A stretch of DNA of 64,000 nt. It comes from an uncultured Rivularia sp. (lineage in GTDB: Bacteria; Cyanobacteriota; Cyanobacteriia; Cyanobacteriales; Nostocaceae). Made by a program: the position numbers and the translations under genes. Under the pieces are notes generated by a model, which had not been told where the DNA came from, searched no databases, and worked only from the letters and a program-made list of their open reading frames with translations. The stretch spans positions 7,264,001 to 7,328,000 of the forward strand of contig OY762007.1 in assembly GCA_963665115.1 (NCBI GenBank), in the 5' to 3' direction. This document shows positions 1 through 10,294 of this stretch, one piece after another; the stretch's first letter is position 1; every line of letters begins with the position of its first letter.

Positions 1-107
1 GTAACCTACAGCTAATAGCTACAAGTTTCCGGAAGAGATACTTAGGACTGCCAGGATTACAAACTCTACAACCGTGTAAAGAAATAAAAAATTATTTACT
101 TAACGAT

Positions 108-203
108 CTACTTGTAAAGTTCAGTTGCCAAGCGCCAAGCCAAAAGACCTGGAATTAAAGCTACAACTAAAGCGATATAAACTTGAGTGTCTGAAATAGG
201 CAT
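108..203 (-). CDS. psaM: Photosystem I reaction centre subunit XII (PsaM), 31 aa; not in the ORF track
   Basis: Manual translation [31 protein letters not shown], the characteristic PsaM sequence. Confidence 0.95.
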   Translation of the reverse strand: MPISDTQVYIALVVALIPGLLAWRLATELYK

Positions 204-306
204 CCTTTGAAATCTCCCTTACTCAATAAACGACAGAATACTTCCTAATCTACTTTTCACTGTTTTACCCGAATTGGGAAATAGGTTGTTACAAGATGCA
301 ACAATT

Positions 307-461
307 GGAAGGGGGAATTGGGGATTGGGGATTGCGAATGGGGCATGGGATGATCGTGAGAGAGGGCGAAGAGTGGGAAGAGGGGGTAGAGGGGGTAGAG
401 GGGGTAGAGTGGGAAGAGGGGGTAGAGTGGGAAGAGGGGGTAGAATAACTCCTAACTCCTA
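307..461. repeat. Low-complexity tandem repeats: heptamer STRR-like units plus 9-mer GGGGGTAGA/GTGGGAAGA units
   Basis: Visible tandem units; the 9-mer family recurs inverted at about 43054-43105 and briefly at about 63397. Confidence 0.8.
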
Positions 462-499
462 ACTTAAAACCTTTAACCTTTGACCTTTAACCTTAAAAA

Positions 500-1759
500 A
501 TGTATTTAGGTATAGACTTCGGGACTTCTGGGGCTAGGGGTGTGGCGATCGCCTCTGCTGGGAATATTGTGGAGGAGGTACGATGTCCGTTTGAGATGTC
601 GTTGGGAACCGATTTAATAAATTGTTGGCAAACTGCTTTATTTAGCCTTTTAGGGCAACTCAGCAAGGAATCACGGGGAGAAATTACCCGCATTGCTATT
701 AACGGTACTTCGTCAACCGTTTTGCTATGCGATGCAGGGGGAAATGCGGTTGATGCACCTTTGCTTTACAACGATGCGCGAGGAGTAGGGATGCGCGAGC
801 AATTGAAAAATATTGCGCCACCGAACCATACTGTATTAAGTGCTACCTCCAGCCTGGTAAAACTGTTATGGATGATGCAGTTACCTACTTTTGCAAAAGC
901 TCAATATTTTTTACATCAAGCTGATTGGTTGGGGTTTCTTTTGCATGGAAAGTTAGGTGTCAGCGACTATCACAATGCGTTGAAATTGGGTTACGACGTG
1001 GAAGCGTTGCAATATCCAGAATGGTTAAACAAATTGCAAATATCAATTCAACTACCAAAAGTAGTAATTCCTGGAAATCCGATCGGAAAATTGCGTTCCG
1101 ATATTGCTGCAAATTATAATTTCCCTCAAGATTGCTTAGTTTGTGCGGGTACGACAGATAGCATTGCTGCATTTATCGCTAGCGGAGCAAATTCTCCCGG
1201 TGAAGCGGTGACTTCTTTGGGTTCCACATTAGTTTTAAAGTTGTTGAGTCGTACTCGTGTAGATAATTCAGAATACGGTATTTACAGCCATCGTTTCGGG
1301 GATTTATGGTTAACTGGAGGAGCTTCTAATACCGGAGGTGCTGTATTAAAAGAATATTTTACAAGCAACGAATTAGAAAATTTAAGTCGTGAAATAGATA
1401 TAACTAAATCCAGCGAATTGGATTATTATCCGTTATTAAAACCCGGAGAACGTTTTCCAATTAATGACCCCAATTTACTACCTAAATTAGAACCTCGTCC
1501 CAATAATTCCGTTGAATTTCTGCATGGTTTGTTAGAAAGTATGACTCGAATTGAAGCGCGGGGATACAAGTTATTGCAAGAATTTGGTGCAGATAAGTTA
1601 ACTCATGTTTATACCGCTGGTGGTGGTGCTAAAAATAAGGTTTGGAATGAGATTAGAAAGCAATATTTAAGAGTTCCGGTGGTTTCTTCTACAAATACCG
1701 AAGCTGCTTATGGTAGCGCTTTGTTAGCTATGAATGGTTTAACAAATGTAGAGACGTAG
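500..1759 (+). CDS. FGGY-family carbohydrate kinase (xylulose/ribulose kinase-like)
   Basis: N-terminal LGIDFGTSG phosphate motif, GTTDSIAA, SLGSTLV and AGGGA motifs. Confidence 0.9.
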   Translation: MYLGIDFGTSGARGVAIASAGNIVEEVRCPFEMSLGTDLINCWQTALFSLLGQLSKESRGEITRIAINGTSSTVLLCDAGGNAVDAPLLYNDARGVGMREQLKNIAPPNHTVLSATSSLVKLLWMMQLPTFAKAQYFLHQADWLGFLLHGKLGVSDYHNALKLGYDVEALQYPEWLNKLQISIQLPKVVIPGNPIGKLRSDIAANYNFPQDCLVCAGTTDSIAAFIASGANSPGEAVTSLGSTLVLKLLSRTRVDNSEYGIYSHRFGDLWLTGGASNTGGAVLKEYFTSNELENLSREIDITKSSELDYYPLLKPGERFPINDPNLLPKLEPRPNNSVEFLHGLLESMTRIEARGYKLLQEFGADKLTHVYTAGGGAKNKVWNEIRKQYLRVPVVSSTNTEAAYGSALLAMNGLTNVET

Positions 1760-1780
1760 CAATACCCTAGAAGAGTATCG

Positions 1781-1873
1781 CTACATTTACAAAGCCTGCC
1801 TTCGTAGGCTGGCAATTCTTTAGCCTGCGAAGGCAGGCTTTGTTTGTGTAGCCCCAGGCTTATAGCCTGCGGG
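1781..1873. repeat. REP-like palindromic repeat pair (ACAAAGCCTGCCTTCG...CGAAGGCAGGCTTTGT)
   Basis: Inverted repeat; related copies near 39750-39800 and 41130-41180. Confidence 0.7.
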
Positions 1874-1901
1874 TGTTTAGTGTTTTTCCCAATTTTGTAA
1901 A

Positions 1902-2420
1902 TTAATATTTTAAAGGTATTTTCAGGAATTTTGATATGATTTTTGCAATTCCAAAAGATTTTTCTGGTGTTGTGAAATAGCCGATATCAATATATTTATT
2001 AAATTTGAAATATAATCTGACTCTATAGTTTTTCCCATCATCGCTATTGAGATTAATTCTTTTGAGGCCAATAAATCTAACGTTTTTTAATGAATATTTA
2101 TTTCTATATATTTGATTTTTAAATAATTCTCGACGTTCGTGAATAATTTTATTGCCGCTGAGATTAATTTTAAAATAATTTGATTCATTGGTGTCGAAAC
2201 GAATTAAAAATATACCGGGAATCAGTAAAAGGAAAGTAAAGGCTACTAATGATAGCTTTACTTTGAAATTGCTTGAAGCAGACAGAAACCATAAAAATAC
2301 TGCCATTACAAATAGATTTATGACTAATAAACGAAAAGATAATTTTCTTCTATTTCTTACATCCTTTAAATCGCTTAATACAAGTAGACTAACCGTTCTT
2401 TTTACAACTTTCATTGACAA
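1902..2420 (-). CDS. Hypothetical membrane protein (2 TM helices, basic C-terminal domain)
   Basis: 172-aa ORF with two hydrophobic segments; AT-rich. Confidence 0.55.
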   Translation of the reverse strand: MSMKVVKRTVSLLVLSDLKDVRNRRKLSFRLLVINLFVMAVFLWFLSASSNFKVKLSLVAFTFLLLIPGIFLIRFDTNESNYFKINLSGNKIIHERRELFKNQIYRNKYSLKNVRFIGLKRINLNSDDGKNYRVRLYFKFNKYIDIGYFTTPEKSFGIAKIISKFLKIPLKY

Positions 2421-2554
2421 TTAGCCTGTTTCTAACCATAAGTATTTCTCTTGAGTTATAAACTCAACAACTATTACCTTTAAGAATAATACCTAAAATT
2501 ATACTGTTAATTTGATACTGGCAATACGGAAATAATATTTTAGCCGAATATGCT

Positions 2555-2860
2555 TCAATAAGGTGGAAATAAGCGTCTAAATCCGTGAAAAATGACTATA
2601 GTTAAAAATAAAATATTTCGTAGAAATACTGTATAAAGAGGAAGTTGTAACAAAGACTGCTTTGTATCTTGCTGACATTCTGCTAATCTACTTCCTAACG
2701 ATTCCATCCACTTAACATTTCTCGGATATTCCCATAAATTATCCAGCCAAACTTGTGGAATACCATCCTTACCGACAGCAGCACCAACAATGCCACCTAA
2801 AATAGCTGCGGTTGTATCTGTATCTCCTCCACAACGGACTATTTCTAAAATTGCAGTTTC
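2555..2860 (-). pseudogene. C-terminal remnant of an ADP-ribosylglycohydrolase (DraG/ARH family)
   Basis: Manual translation ETAILEIVRCGGDTDTTAAILGGIVGAAVGKDGIPQVWLDNLWEYP...FRRLFPPY*; GGDTDT motif; in-frame stop just upstream and no start codon. Confidence 0.8.
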
Positions 2861-2972
2861 CGATTATGCAGCCGATGATTGATTTTTTATTCATGGAATT
2901 AAAAAATTGTAGAGACGCAGAGAAAAGAATAATGCGTTTTATACCTATATCAGGTAAAAAAGATATTTGTTT

Positions 2973-3020
2973 GTAGTTGCGCTTCAGCGCTTCCTATAAG
3001 AGGCGCTGAAGCGCAACTAC
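2973..3020. repeat. GTAG-type REP doublet (REPIN-like)
   Basis: GTAGTTGCGCTTCAGCGC ... GCGCTGAAGCGCAACTAC perfect inverted pair. Confidence 0.75.
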
Positions 3021-3056
3021 GAGCCAAGTTATTAGTATTCCCCGCAAACCCAAAAA

Positions 3057-3983
3057 TCACCCTTCCTCCAAGCTCCTCAACCCCAACAAACCAGCACCAT
3101 AAACAGGTTCAAACCTCGGAAAAATCACCTTCATCTCACTATCAATAGAATTTGCAAACCTTTCCCAAATCTTACATTTACCTTTCCAAACACTTCCAGT
3201 AGTAACAATCTCAAAAAACTCCCCCTCAACAAAAATCCCATCAATTACAGCAACAGTCGCTTTCACCAACTCATTCACAGCATCATCAATTATCATATTC
3301 GCAACTCCATCACCGCTCATAGCTGCATTATCAACAATTGGAGCCAAGGCAGCTATTTCTTTTACACTCAATCCCTTCCGATAAATAATTTCTATCAATT
3401 CTTCTATATTGTTTAAACCCAAATGACTTTTAAAATCTTCTACCAAACTCGTAAAAACTTCCCTTCCATCATGAGATTTTAAAGCCGCTTGCATTCCCGC
3501 AACTGCTATTTTATAGGCTCCACCTTCATCACCTAAAATATATCCCCAACCACCAACTCTTTTAGTTTCACCTCGATGATTTCTGCCAAAAACTATCGAG
3601 CCAGTACCAGCAGAAACGACAATTCCGACATTATTACCAATTCCACCAGCTAAAGCAGTTAATGCATCATGAGAAATAATTATATTTTGCGGTTTTATAT
3701 TGCTAATTATCGGTATATCTTTAACTATGTTTTTAACTACTTCAATATCTTTAGAACGTCCAACACCAGCTAATCCCAAACAAATCGCATCAACTTTAAT
3801 ATTATATTTTTCAATTATGGCTTTATTAATCGCAGATTCTATAGAATATTTTGCAGCTTCTATTCCCACGGTTTGATAATTTGAGGAACCAGCTTCACCA
3901 CGTCCTAAAATTTCGCGCTTATCGTTCATTAATATACAAACCGTTTTACTTCCACCACCATCTATTCCTAGAACGTAAAACAT
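3057..3983 (-). CDS. BadF/BadG/BcrA/BcrD-type N-acetylglucosamine/MurNAc kinase
   Basis: LGIDGGGSKT, AGTGS and RVGGWGYILGDEGG motifs; ATG at 3983 preferred over TTG at 4004. Confidence 0.88.
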   Translation of the reverse strand: MFYVLGIDGGGSKTVCILMNDKREILGRGEAGSSNYQTVGIEAAKYSIESAINKAIIEKYNIKVDAICLGLAGVGRSKDIEVVKNIVKDIPIISNIKPQNIIISHDALTALAGGIGNNVGIVVSAGTGSIVFGRNHRGETKRVGGWGYILGDEGGAYKIAVAGMQAALKSHDGREVFTSLVEDFKSHLGLNNIEELIEIIYRKGLSVKEIAALAPIVDNAAMSGDGVANMIIDDAVNELVKATVAVIDGIFVEGEFFEIVTTGSVWKGKCKIWERFANSIDSEMKVIFPRFEPVYGAGLLGLRSLEEG

Positions 3984-4078
3984 ATAATTTGTGATTTTAA
4001 ACAAAAAAAAAGTTCGTAGTAAGGGTTTTAACCCTTTCTTTCCAAGGAATAAATTCCTTACTACAAACTAAAAATAAA

Positions 4079-5368
4079 TTAACCAGCTTGACTATGTTCT
4101 TCTTTCAAAGGAATAAAAAAGATAGTTGCCATACCAGGAATAGTTAATAAAAATACCACCATAAAAAATACAGGATATCCAACTGATTGTTGAATTTGAC
4201 CGCTGATTGCACCGGGAAGCATCAAACCTAAAGCCATTAATCCCGTAGAGATTGCAAAGTGAGAGGTTTTATATTCTCCCTTACAGATATGCATTAAGTA
4301 CACCGTGAAAGCGGTAAATCCTAAACCGTAACCAAATTGTTCTAGAGAAACTAAAGGATAAACTAATTCTATGGGTGGTTTATTGTAAGCCATATAAACA
4401 TAAAATAGATCGGGTAAATTTAACGCTAAAGCCATTGGTAACAAGCATTTTTTTAACCCGTATTTAGAAATTACTAATCCACCTAAAATACCACCGCTAA
4501 TCAACGAAATGACACCAAAAGTTCCGTATACTAAACCATATTGTTCCGTACTTAAACCCAAACCACCAGCAGATGTTTCATCTAATAAAAATAAAGTGGC
4601 TATTTTTACCAGCATTGCCTCACCCAATCTGTAAAGTAAGATAAATGCTAATATTGCACCGATACGGCGTTGAGCAAAGTAAGAGCGAATAACTGTTACA
4701 AATGGAATATCATTTCTTGTAGCTTCAGATTCTCTTCTATCTTTTACTTCTGGTTGCGGCAGAGTGAAAAGATGGAATACGAAAAGTATTGCAAAAATTA
4801 CAGAAGCTAAACCAAGAGTGATACTCCAACTATTAGGAATATTTTGGGTATATTTTTCTAAGCTTCCCGCTAAATATACCAAAAATCCCGTACTAAATAT
4901 AATTGCCAGTCGATAACATAAAGTCCGAATACCAACAAAAAAAGCTTGTTTTTCTTCACTTAATGCCAACATATAAAAGCCATCTGTAGCAATATCATAA
5001 GTTGCAGAAATAAATGCTCCAACTAACAGTATCCCTAAAGAAACTGAAAAGAAAGTTGATGTTGGCAGTTGAAAAGATAAAGCTAACGCAGCCAAACATA
5101 AACACATGGCAAATTGCATTGTCAGCAACCATCTTCTTTTAGTAGAATAAATATCTACAGCTGGGCCCCAAAACATTTTGACAACCCAAGGAAGATTAAT
5201 AATACTTGTCCAAAACGCAATTTCAGCGTTACCAATTCCTAAATTTTTATAAAAAACTACCGATACCGCATTGATAATCATGTACGGCATCCCTTCAGCA
5301 AAATAGAGGCTGGGAACAAAAGCCCAAGGTGTAATAGATTTTCTCGGTTTATCAGTTTGAATTGTCAT
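4079..5368 (-). CDS. ampG: AmpG-family muropeptide MFS transporter
   Basis: LYFAEGMPY, LPWVVKMFWGPAVD and SATYDIATDGFY motifs; many TM helices. Confidence 0.85.
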   Translation of the reverse strand: MTIQTDKPRKSITPWAFVPSLYFAEGMPYMIINAVSVVFYKNLGIGNAEIAFWTSIINLPWVVKMFWGPAVDIYSTKRRWLLTMQFAMCLCLAALALSFQLPTSTFFSVSLGILLVGAFISATYDIATDGFYMLALSEEKQAFFVGIRTLCYRLAIIFSTGFLVYLAGSLEKYTQNIPNSWSITLGLASVIFAILFVFHLFTLPQPEVKDRRESEATRNDIPFVTVIRSYFAQRRIGAILAFILLYRLGEAMLVKIATLFLLDETSAGGLGLSTEQYGLVYGTFGVISLISGGILGGLVISKYGLKKCLLPMALALNLPDLFYVYMAYNKPPIELVYPLVSLEQFGYGLGFTAFTVYLMHICKGEYKTSHFAISTGLMALGLMLPGAISGQIQQSVGYPVFFMVVFLLTIPGMATIFFIPLKEEHSQAG

Positions 5369-5974
5369 TCTATTTTAGATTTTAGATTTTGGATTTTTTT
5401 AATGTCTAAAGCTAAGTGCTTGAAATAAGGATATTGCTCTTGTTTTTCCACGGATAAATCCGGGAGCTTATATGCAATTTATTCTTTCGTCATAATTGCA
5501 ATTAACTAATACTAATCTCCATATGTAAATAGCACATAACTTATGTGATTTTACAAAGACGTAATCTGAAGATAGCTTGTGCCAAAAGACTAAATTATAA
5601 AATTCACCTACTCCAATCAAATTCCGATAATTTTTATAATTTTTTACCACCAGCTACTTAGATAATGATGGTATTGTTGGCATATTCACGTTTTTTAGTC
5701 AATATTTATTAATACATCTATAGACACTCAGCAGTTAACAGTTAACAGTGAGCAGTGAATTAGTAGTGGGAGCATCTTGCTCCCTGTATTTTATTTTCTA
5801 TCTCCCTTTCCCCTTGTCTCCCCATCCCTTTGTCCCGCCATCCCCTTGTCTCCCCATCTCCCCCATTCAACCACGAAAAATAAATTAGATTTTTGATGAT
5901 TATGTCAAGCTTCTGCAAGCTTGTGGCAAAATTTATTAAGTTTATATCCTTCCAACAATTAGAGTTTTCCCAGC

Positions 5975-8974
5975 ATGACTAGCAACCTTCCGAGTCTTTA
6001 CGATCCTTTTTCCACTGAAGCTAAATGGCAGAAGTTTTGGGAAGAGAAACTTTTGTACAAAGCCGATCCGAATAAAGATGGCGAACCTTACGCGATTATG
6101 ATTCCCCCCCCCAACGTTACGGGGAAACTGCACATGGGGCACGCTTTTGATAATACTTTGATTGATTGCCTCGTCCGCTATCACCGCATGAAGGGATTAA
6201 ATGCGTTGTATCTTCCTGGAATGGATCACGCTAGTATTGCGGTACAAACGATTATTGAAAAGCAGCTTAAGGAAGAAGGTAAGACTCGCTACGATTTAGG
6301 ACGCGATAAATTTTTGGAACGTGCTTGGGAATGGAAAGCGGAGTCTGGAGGGACGATTGTCAATCAGTTGCGGCGTTTGGGTGTGTCGGTGGACTGGACG
6401 CGAGAACGCTTTACGATGGATAGTGGTTTGTCGAAAGCTGTTCTGGAAGCTTTTGTGCGTCTTTATGATGAAGGCAAGATTTATCGGGGGAATTACTTAG
6501 TTAATTGGTGTCCGGCTTCTCAATCTGCGGTTTCCGATTTGGAAGTCGATCAAAAAGAAGTTGACGGTAAGCTTTGGCATTTTCGCTATCCTCTCAGCGA
6601 CGGTTCCGGCTATATGGAAGTCGCTACAACCCGTCCGGAAACTATGCTTGGAGATACTGGAGTTGCGGTTAATCCCAGCGATGAACGCTACAAGGATTTT
6701 ATTGGTAAGACTTTGACTTTACCAATTATGAATCGCGAAATCCCCATTATTGCCGATGAATTGGTAGATCCCGCTTTCGGTACTGGTTGTGTAAAAGTTA
6801 CTCCCGCTCACGACCTCAATGACTTTGAAATGGGTAAGCGTCACGATTTGCCGTTCATCAATATTATGAATAAAGACGGTACCTTGAATGAAAATGCTGG
6901 GGAGTTTCAAGGACAAGATCGTTTTGTTGCCAGGAAGAATGTTATTGCAAGATTGGAAGCAGATGGGGTTTTAGTCAAAATTGAAGATTATAAGCATACC
7001 GTTCCCTACAGCGAACGCGGTAAAGTTCCTGTAGAGCCGTTGCTTTCAACTCAGTGGTTTGTCAAAATTCGTCCGATGGCTGATAGAGCGTTGGAATTTT
7101 TCGACCAAAGGCGATCGCCAGAATTTTATCCCGAACGTTGGGGAAAGGTTTACCGCGATTGGTTAGTGAAGTTGAAAGACTGGGTTATTTCTCGTCAGCT
7201 ATGGTGGGGACATCAAATTCCGGCTTGGTATGCTGTTAGCGAAACAAATGGTGAAATTACCGATACTACGCCGTTTGTTGTAGCTAAAAACGAAGAAGAA
7301 GCTTGGGAAAAAGCTAAAGCAAAATTTGGCGAAAACGTTCAATTAGAAAGAGATGCAGATGTACTCGATACCTGGTTTTCTTCTGGATTGTGGCCGTTTT
7401 CGACTTTAGGTTGGCCCGAAGAAACTGAAGATTTAAAGAAATATTATCCCACCAGCGTTTTGATAACTGGCTTTGACATTATCTTCTTCTGGGTAGCAAG
7501 AATGACTATGATGGCAGGTCAATTTACTGGAGAAATGCCGTTCAAAGACGTTTACATCCACGGTTTGATACTGGATGAAAACGGTAAAAAAATGTCTAAG
7601 TCGAAGGGAAATGGTATCGATCCGTTAATATTAATTGATAAATACGGTACCGATGCCGTTCGCTACACCTTGGTTAAAGAAGTTATTGGTGTCGGACAAG
7701 ATATTCGTTTTGATTACAACCGTAAAACCGATGAATCACCTTCGGTAGAAGCATCGCGCAACTTTGCCAACAAGTTGTGGAATGCAGCCAGATTTGTAAT
7801 GATGAATTTGGACGAACAAACACCGCAGCAGTTGGGAGTACCCGCAGCAACAGAATTAAGCGATAAATGGATTTTGTCTCGTTTCCATCAAACTGTCCAA
7901 GAAACTAACAGTTACATGGAAAAATATGGCATGGGAGAAGCTGCCAAAGGACTTTACGAATTTATCTGGGGTGATTTTTGCGACTGGTATATTGAGTTAG
8001 TTAAATCTCGCTTGCAGGAAGATGCAGATCCAGCATCGCGAAAAGTCGCACAGCAAACCTTAGCTTATGTACTAGAAGGGATTTTAAAACTTCTCAGTCC
8101 CTTTATGCCTCACATTACCGAAGAAATTTGGCATACCTTGACTCAACAAGCAGAAGATTCCGGTGAAAGTCTATCGTTGCAAAAATATCCTCAAGCAGAT
8201 GCAAAATTAATTGACACCGAATTAGAGTCAGAATTTGAACTGTTAATTGGCACAATTCGTACAATTCGCAACTTAAGAGCAGAAGCAGACGTTAAACCTT
8301 CAGTTAAAGTTACCGTAAATTTGCAAAGCGAAAGCGTAAAAGAACGTCAAACTCTCAATACTGGAGAGCAACTAATTAAAGATTTGGCGAAAGTTGAGAA
8401 TTTAACCATAGCTAATAAGCCTCATAGCGATACAGTAACTAAGAAGAAATCGAGCGGTGCTTTAAGATTAATTATCTTAGGTTTTCTCACGCTTACCTTA
8501 GCTAGAGTTGCTTACGCTGTAGCAATTTCCGTGGATAACATTCCTTTCTTTGGAACATTCTTCCAACTGGTAGGTTTTGGTTATTCGCTATGGTTTATCA
8601 GAATATATCTACTTTCCAGCGACAAAAGACAAGAATTACGTCAAAAATTCTTTAAAAAATCCTCCGAAACAAACCTTCCTCAAGTAGAAGAATCGGAAAG
8701 CAAAGATTTAGGAGAAGTTGCCACTGGTGTGTTTGGTACCGTACAAATACTGCTTCCCCTCGAAGGAGTAATAGACATGGAAGCATTGCGTAGCAAACTA
8801 GAGAAAAACCTCAGTAAGATAGAAGCAGAAGTACAATCTTTAACTGGTAGATTAAGTAACTCCAAATTTGTTGATAAAGCACCAGCAGACGTGGTACAAG
8901 GAGCCAGAGATTCTTTAGCAGAAGCCGAAAAACAAGCCGAAATTTTACGAAATCGCTTACAAAGGATTAAGTAA
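5975..8974 (+). CDS. valS: Valine--tRNA ligase with inserted CAAD membrane-anchoring domain
   Basis: [13 protein letters not shown] (HIGH), [14 protein letters not shown] motifs, C-terminal coiled coil; hydrophobic two-TM insertion at about 8410-8715. Confidence 0.97.
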   Translation: MTSNLPSLYDPFSTEAKWQKFWEEKLLYKADPNKDGEPYAIMIPPPNVTGKLHMGHAFDNTLIDCLVRYHRMKGLNALYLPGMDHASIAVQTIIEKQLKEEGKTRYDLGRDKFLERAWEWKAESGGTIVNQLRRLGVSVDWTRERFTMDSGLSKAVLEAFVRLYDEGKIYRGNYLVNWCPASQSAVSDLEVDQKEVDGKLWHFRYPLSDGSGYMEVATTRPETMLGDTGVAVNPSDERYKDFIGKTLTLPIMNREIPIIADELVDPAFGTGCVKVTPAHDLNDFEMGKRHDLPFINIMNKDGTLNENAGEFQGQDRFVARKNVIARLEADGVLVKIEDYKHTVPYSERGKVPVEPLLSTQWFVKIRPMADRALEFFDQRRSPEFYPERWGKVYRDWLVKLKDWVISRQLWWGHQIPAWYAVSETNGEITDTTPFVVAKNEEEAWEKAKAKFGENVQLERDADVLDTWFSSGLWPFSTLGWPEETEDLKKYYPTSVLITGFDIIFFWVARMTMMAGQFTGEMPFKDVYIHGLILDENGKKMSKSKGNGIDPLILIDKYGTDAVRYTLVKEVIGVGQDIRFDYNRKTDESPSVEASRNFANKLWNAARFVMMNLDEQTPQQLGVPAATELSDKWILSRFHQTVQETNSYMEKYGMGEAAKGLYEFIWGDFCDWYIELVKSRLQEDADPASRKVAQQTLAYVLEGILKLLSPFMPHITEEIWHTLTQQAEDSGESLSLQKYPQADAKLIDTELESEFELLIGTIRTIRNLRAEADVKPSVKVTVNLQSESVKERQTLNTGEQLIKDLAKVENLTIANKPHSDTVTKKKSSGALRLIILGFLTLTLARVAYAVAISVDNIPFFGTFFQLVGFGYSLWFIRIYLLSSDKRQELRQKFFKKSSETNLPQVEESESKDLGEVATGVFGTVQILLPLEGVIDMEALRSKLEKNLSKIEAEVQSLTGRLSNSKFVDKAPADVVQGARDSLAEAEKQAEILRNRLQRIK

Positions 8975-9004
8975 GTTAGGAGTTAGGAGTTAGGAGTTGT
9001 AAAT

Positions 9005-9117
9005 AAAATTTTCTCTAGGGAGCAAAATTTTCTTTAGGAAGCAAAATTTTCTTTAGGAAGCAAAATTTTCCTCTAGGGAGCAAAATTTTCCTCTAGGGAG
9101 CAAGATGCTCCCACTAC
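9005..9117. repeat. Five tandem copies of a 19-20 nt unit (AAAATTTTCTCTAGGGAGC) running into REP GGGAGCAAGATGCTCCCACTAC
   Basis: Direct reading; inverted copy of the REP at 5763-5785. Confidence 0.8.
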
Positions 9118-9255
9118 GAAAATTAATTGGAATAAATATTGAATCTCAACCAATTGCGTATACTCCAATCAAAACCAACAAATCAAATATCTAATTCTTA
9201 ATTCCTAACTCCTAACAACTAACCACTAACCACTAACAACTAACTTTTTTAAATC

Positions 9256-9702
9256 ATGCTTTATCTAGCCAAGGTACATAAAAATGAATTTTTAGTTCAA
9301 TTAGAATTACGATTGTTAGCGCGTCAAGAAACTGAAACTATGTGGGTGATGATTCCAGAAGAGGCAGTAATTCTTTTGGGAAAAGGTAAGCATTTTACAG
9401 AAAATTTACTCGTTTTGGTAGAACTTTCTCCTACAGGTGAAATTGAAAAAATTGAAGACGCTACAAGTTGGGTATTAGAATTAGTGCAAAAATATCTTAC
9501 TACCGGAATATCACCAGAATTTTTACGTCAAGAAGCCGAACGAGCCGAAGATTGGCGACAAAATTTAACTTTACAAAACCAAGATTTAGCGCGTAGAACC
9601 TTAGAATTAGAAGCGCGTAGAGAACAAATTCAAGCTTTAGAAGAAGCCTTGCAACGCGATAAAAGTGAAGCTCATCATCAAGATGAGAATATTGAATCTT
9701 GA
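9256..9702 (+). CDS. Conserved cyanobacterial hypothetical protein resembling the HmpF N-terminal domain plus short coiled coil
   Basis: MLYLAKV...ELRLLA...LVLVELS...W.Q.LT.Q.QDL.RR..ELEAR.EQ pattern. Confidence 0.7.
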   Translation: MLYLAKVHKNEFLVQLELRLLARQETETMWVMIPEEAVILLGKGKHFTENLLVLVELSPTGEIEKIEDATSWVLELVQKYLTTGISPEFLRQEAERAEDWRQNLTLQNQDLARRTLELEARREQIQALEEALQRDKSEAHHQDENIES

Positions 9703-9709
9703 TAGTTGA

Positions 9710-9858
9710 TAAGTAGGTAGGCTAGAATAAACCAAACTATGTAAAGGAATGTAAAATCCTCAAAGTGCTTGTGATGATCCACACCTTCGGTGAATGCTTC
9801 GTTTCACTCCGTTCCACTCGCAATGACATAGTTATAAATTTTCCCACCCACCTACTTA
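9710..9858. mobile_element. MITE-like element with TAAGTAGG...CCTACTTA termini and internal palindromic cargo
   Basis: Terminal inverted repeats; 34-nt core identical to 23542-23575. Confidence 0.65.
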
Positions 9859-9908
9859 GTTGTTATCAGTCAAAAGTATTATAGAATAAGGGTTTCCGCC
9901 GTACTGTA

Positions 9909-10110
9909 CTAGTAGGAGTTGCACCTCTTAATTACGATAGGGGAAAGTTTGAAGGTAAAAGAATGATATGGGTTAGTCGTGCCCATGTTCGTGCAACCCC
10001 TTTATATGGGTGCTGTTGTCGCAATGCGTTTTAATCCAATAATCAAATCTTTTTATGAGCGACTTATTGAACGTGGAAAATAAAAAAAATTAGCCTTATT
10101 TGCTGTTATG
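9909..10110 (+). pseudogene. IS110-family transposase C-terminal fragment, degraded
   Basis: LVGVAPLNYDRGKFEGKRMIWVSRAHVRAT/(frameshift)/LYMGAVVAMRFNPIIKSFYERLIERGK*KKLALFAVM, a Transposase_20-type motif with one frameshift and a stop at 10081. Confidence 0.82.
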
Positions 10111-10294
10111 CCCTACCTGGTACCGCCTTCCGCAGCGTAGCGGTTCCCCAGTTGCGCCGCCGCGTTTTTTTTGGCGATTGCGGTTGGCATTCAAGACAGT
10201 CGCTACAAAATACAAAACAAAAAAAAGACGTTGCACTGCAACGTCTCTACATCATGAATAGGTTCTATAAAAAATACCGTTGTCTACAGTTTTT

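Noticed and set aside
274..462. 62-aa RGG-rich ORF
   Set aside because: Translation of heptamer and 9-mer tandem repeats; TTG start; not a credible gene
5468..5687. 60-aa minus-strand ORF with an upstream in-frame stop
   Set aside because: No recognisable motif; cannot be supported as a gene or pseudogene
9005..9105. Possible CRISPR array
   Set aside because: Units are contiguous with no unique spacers; no cas genes in the window
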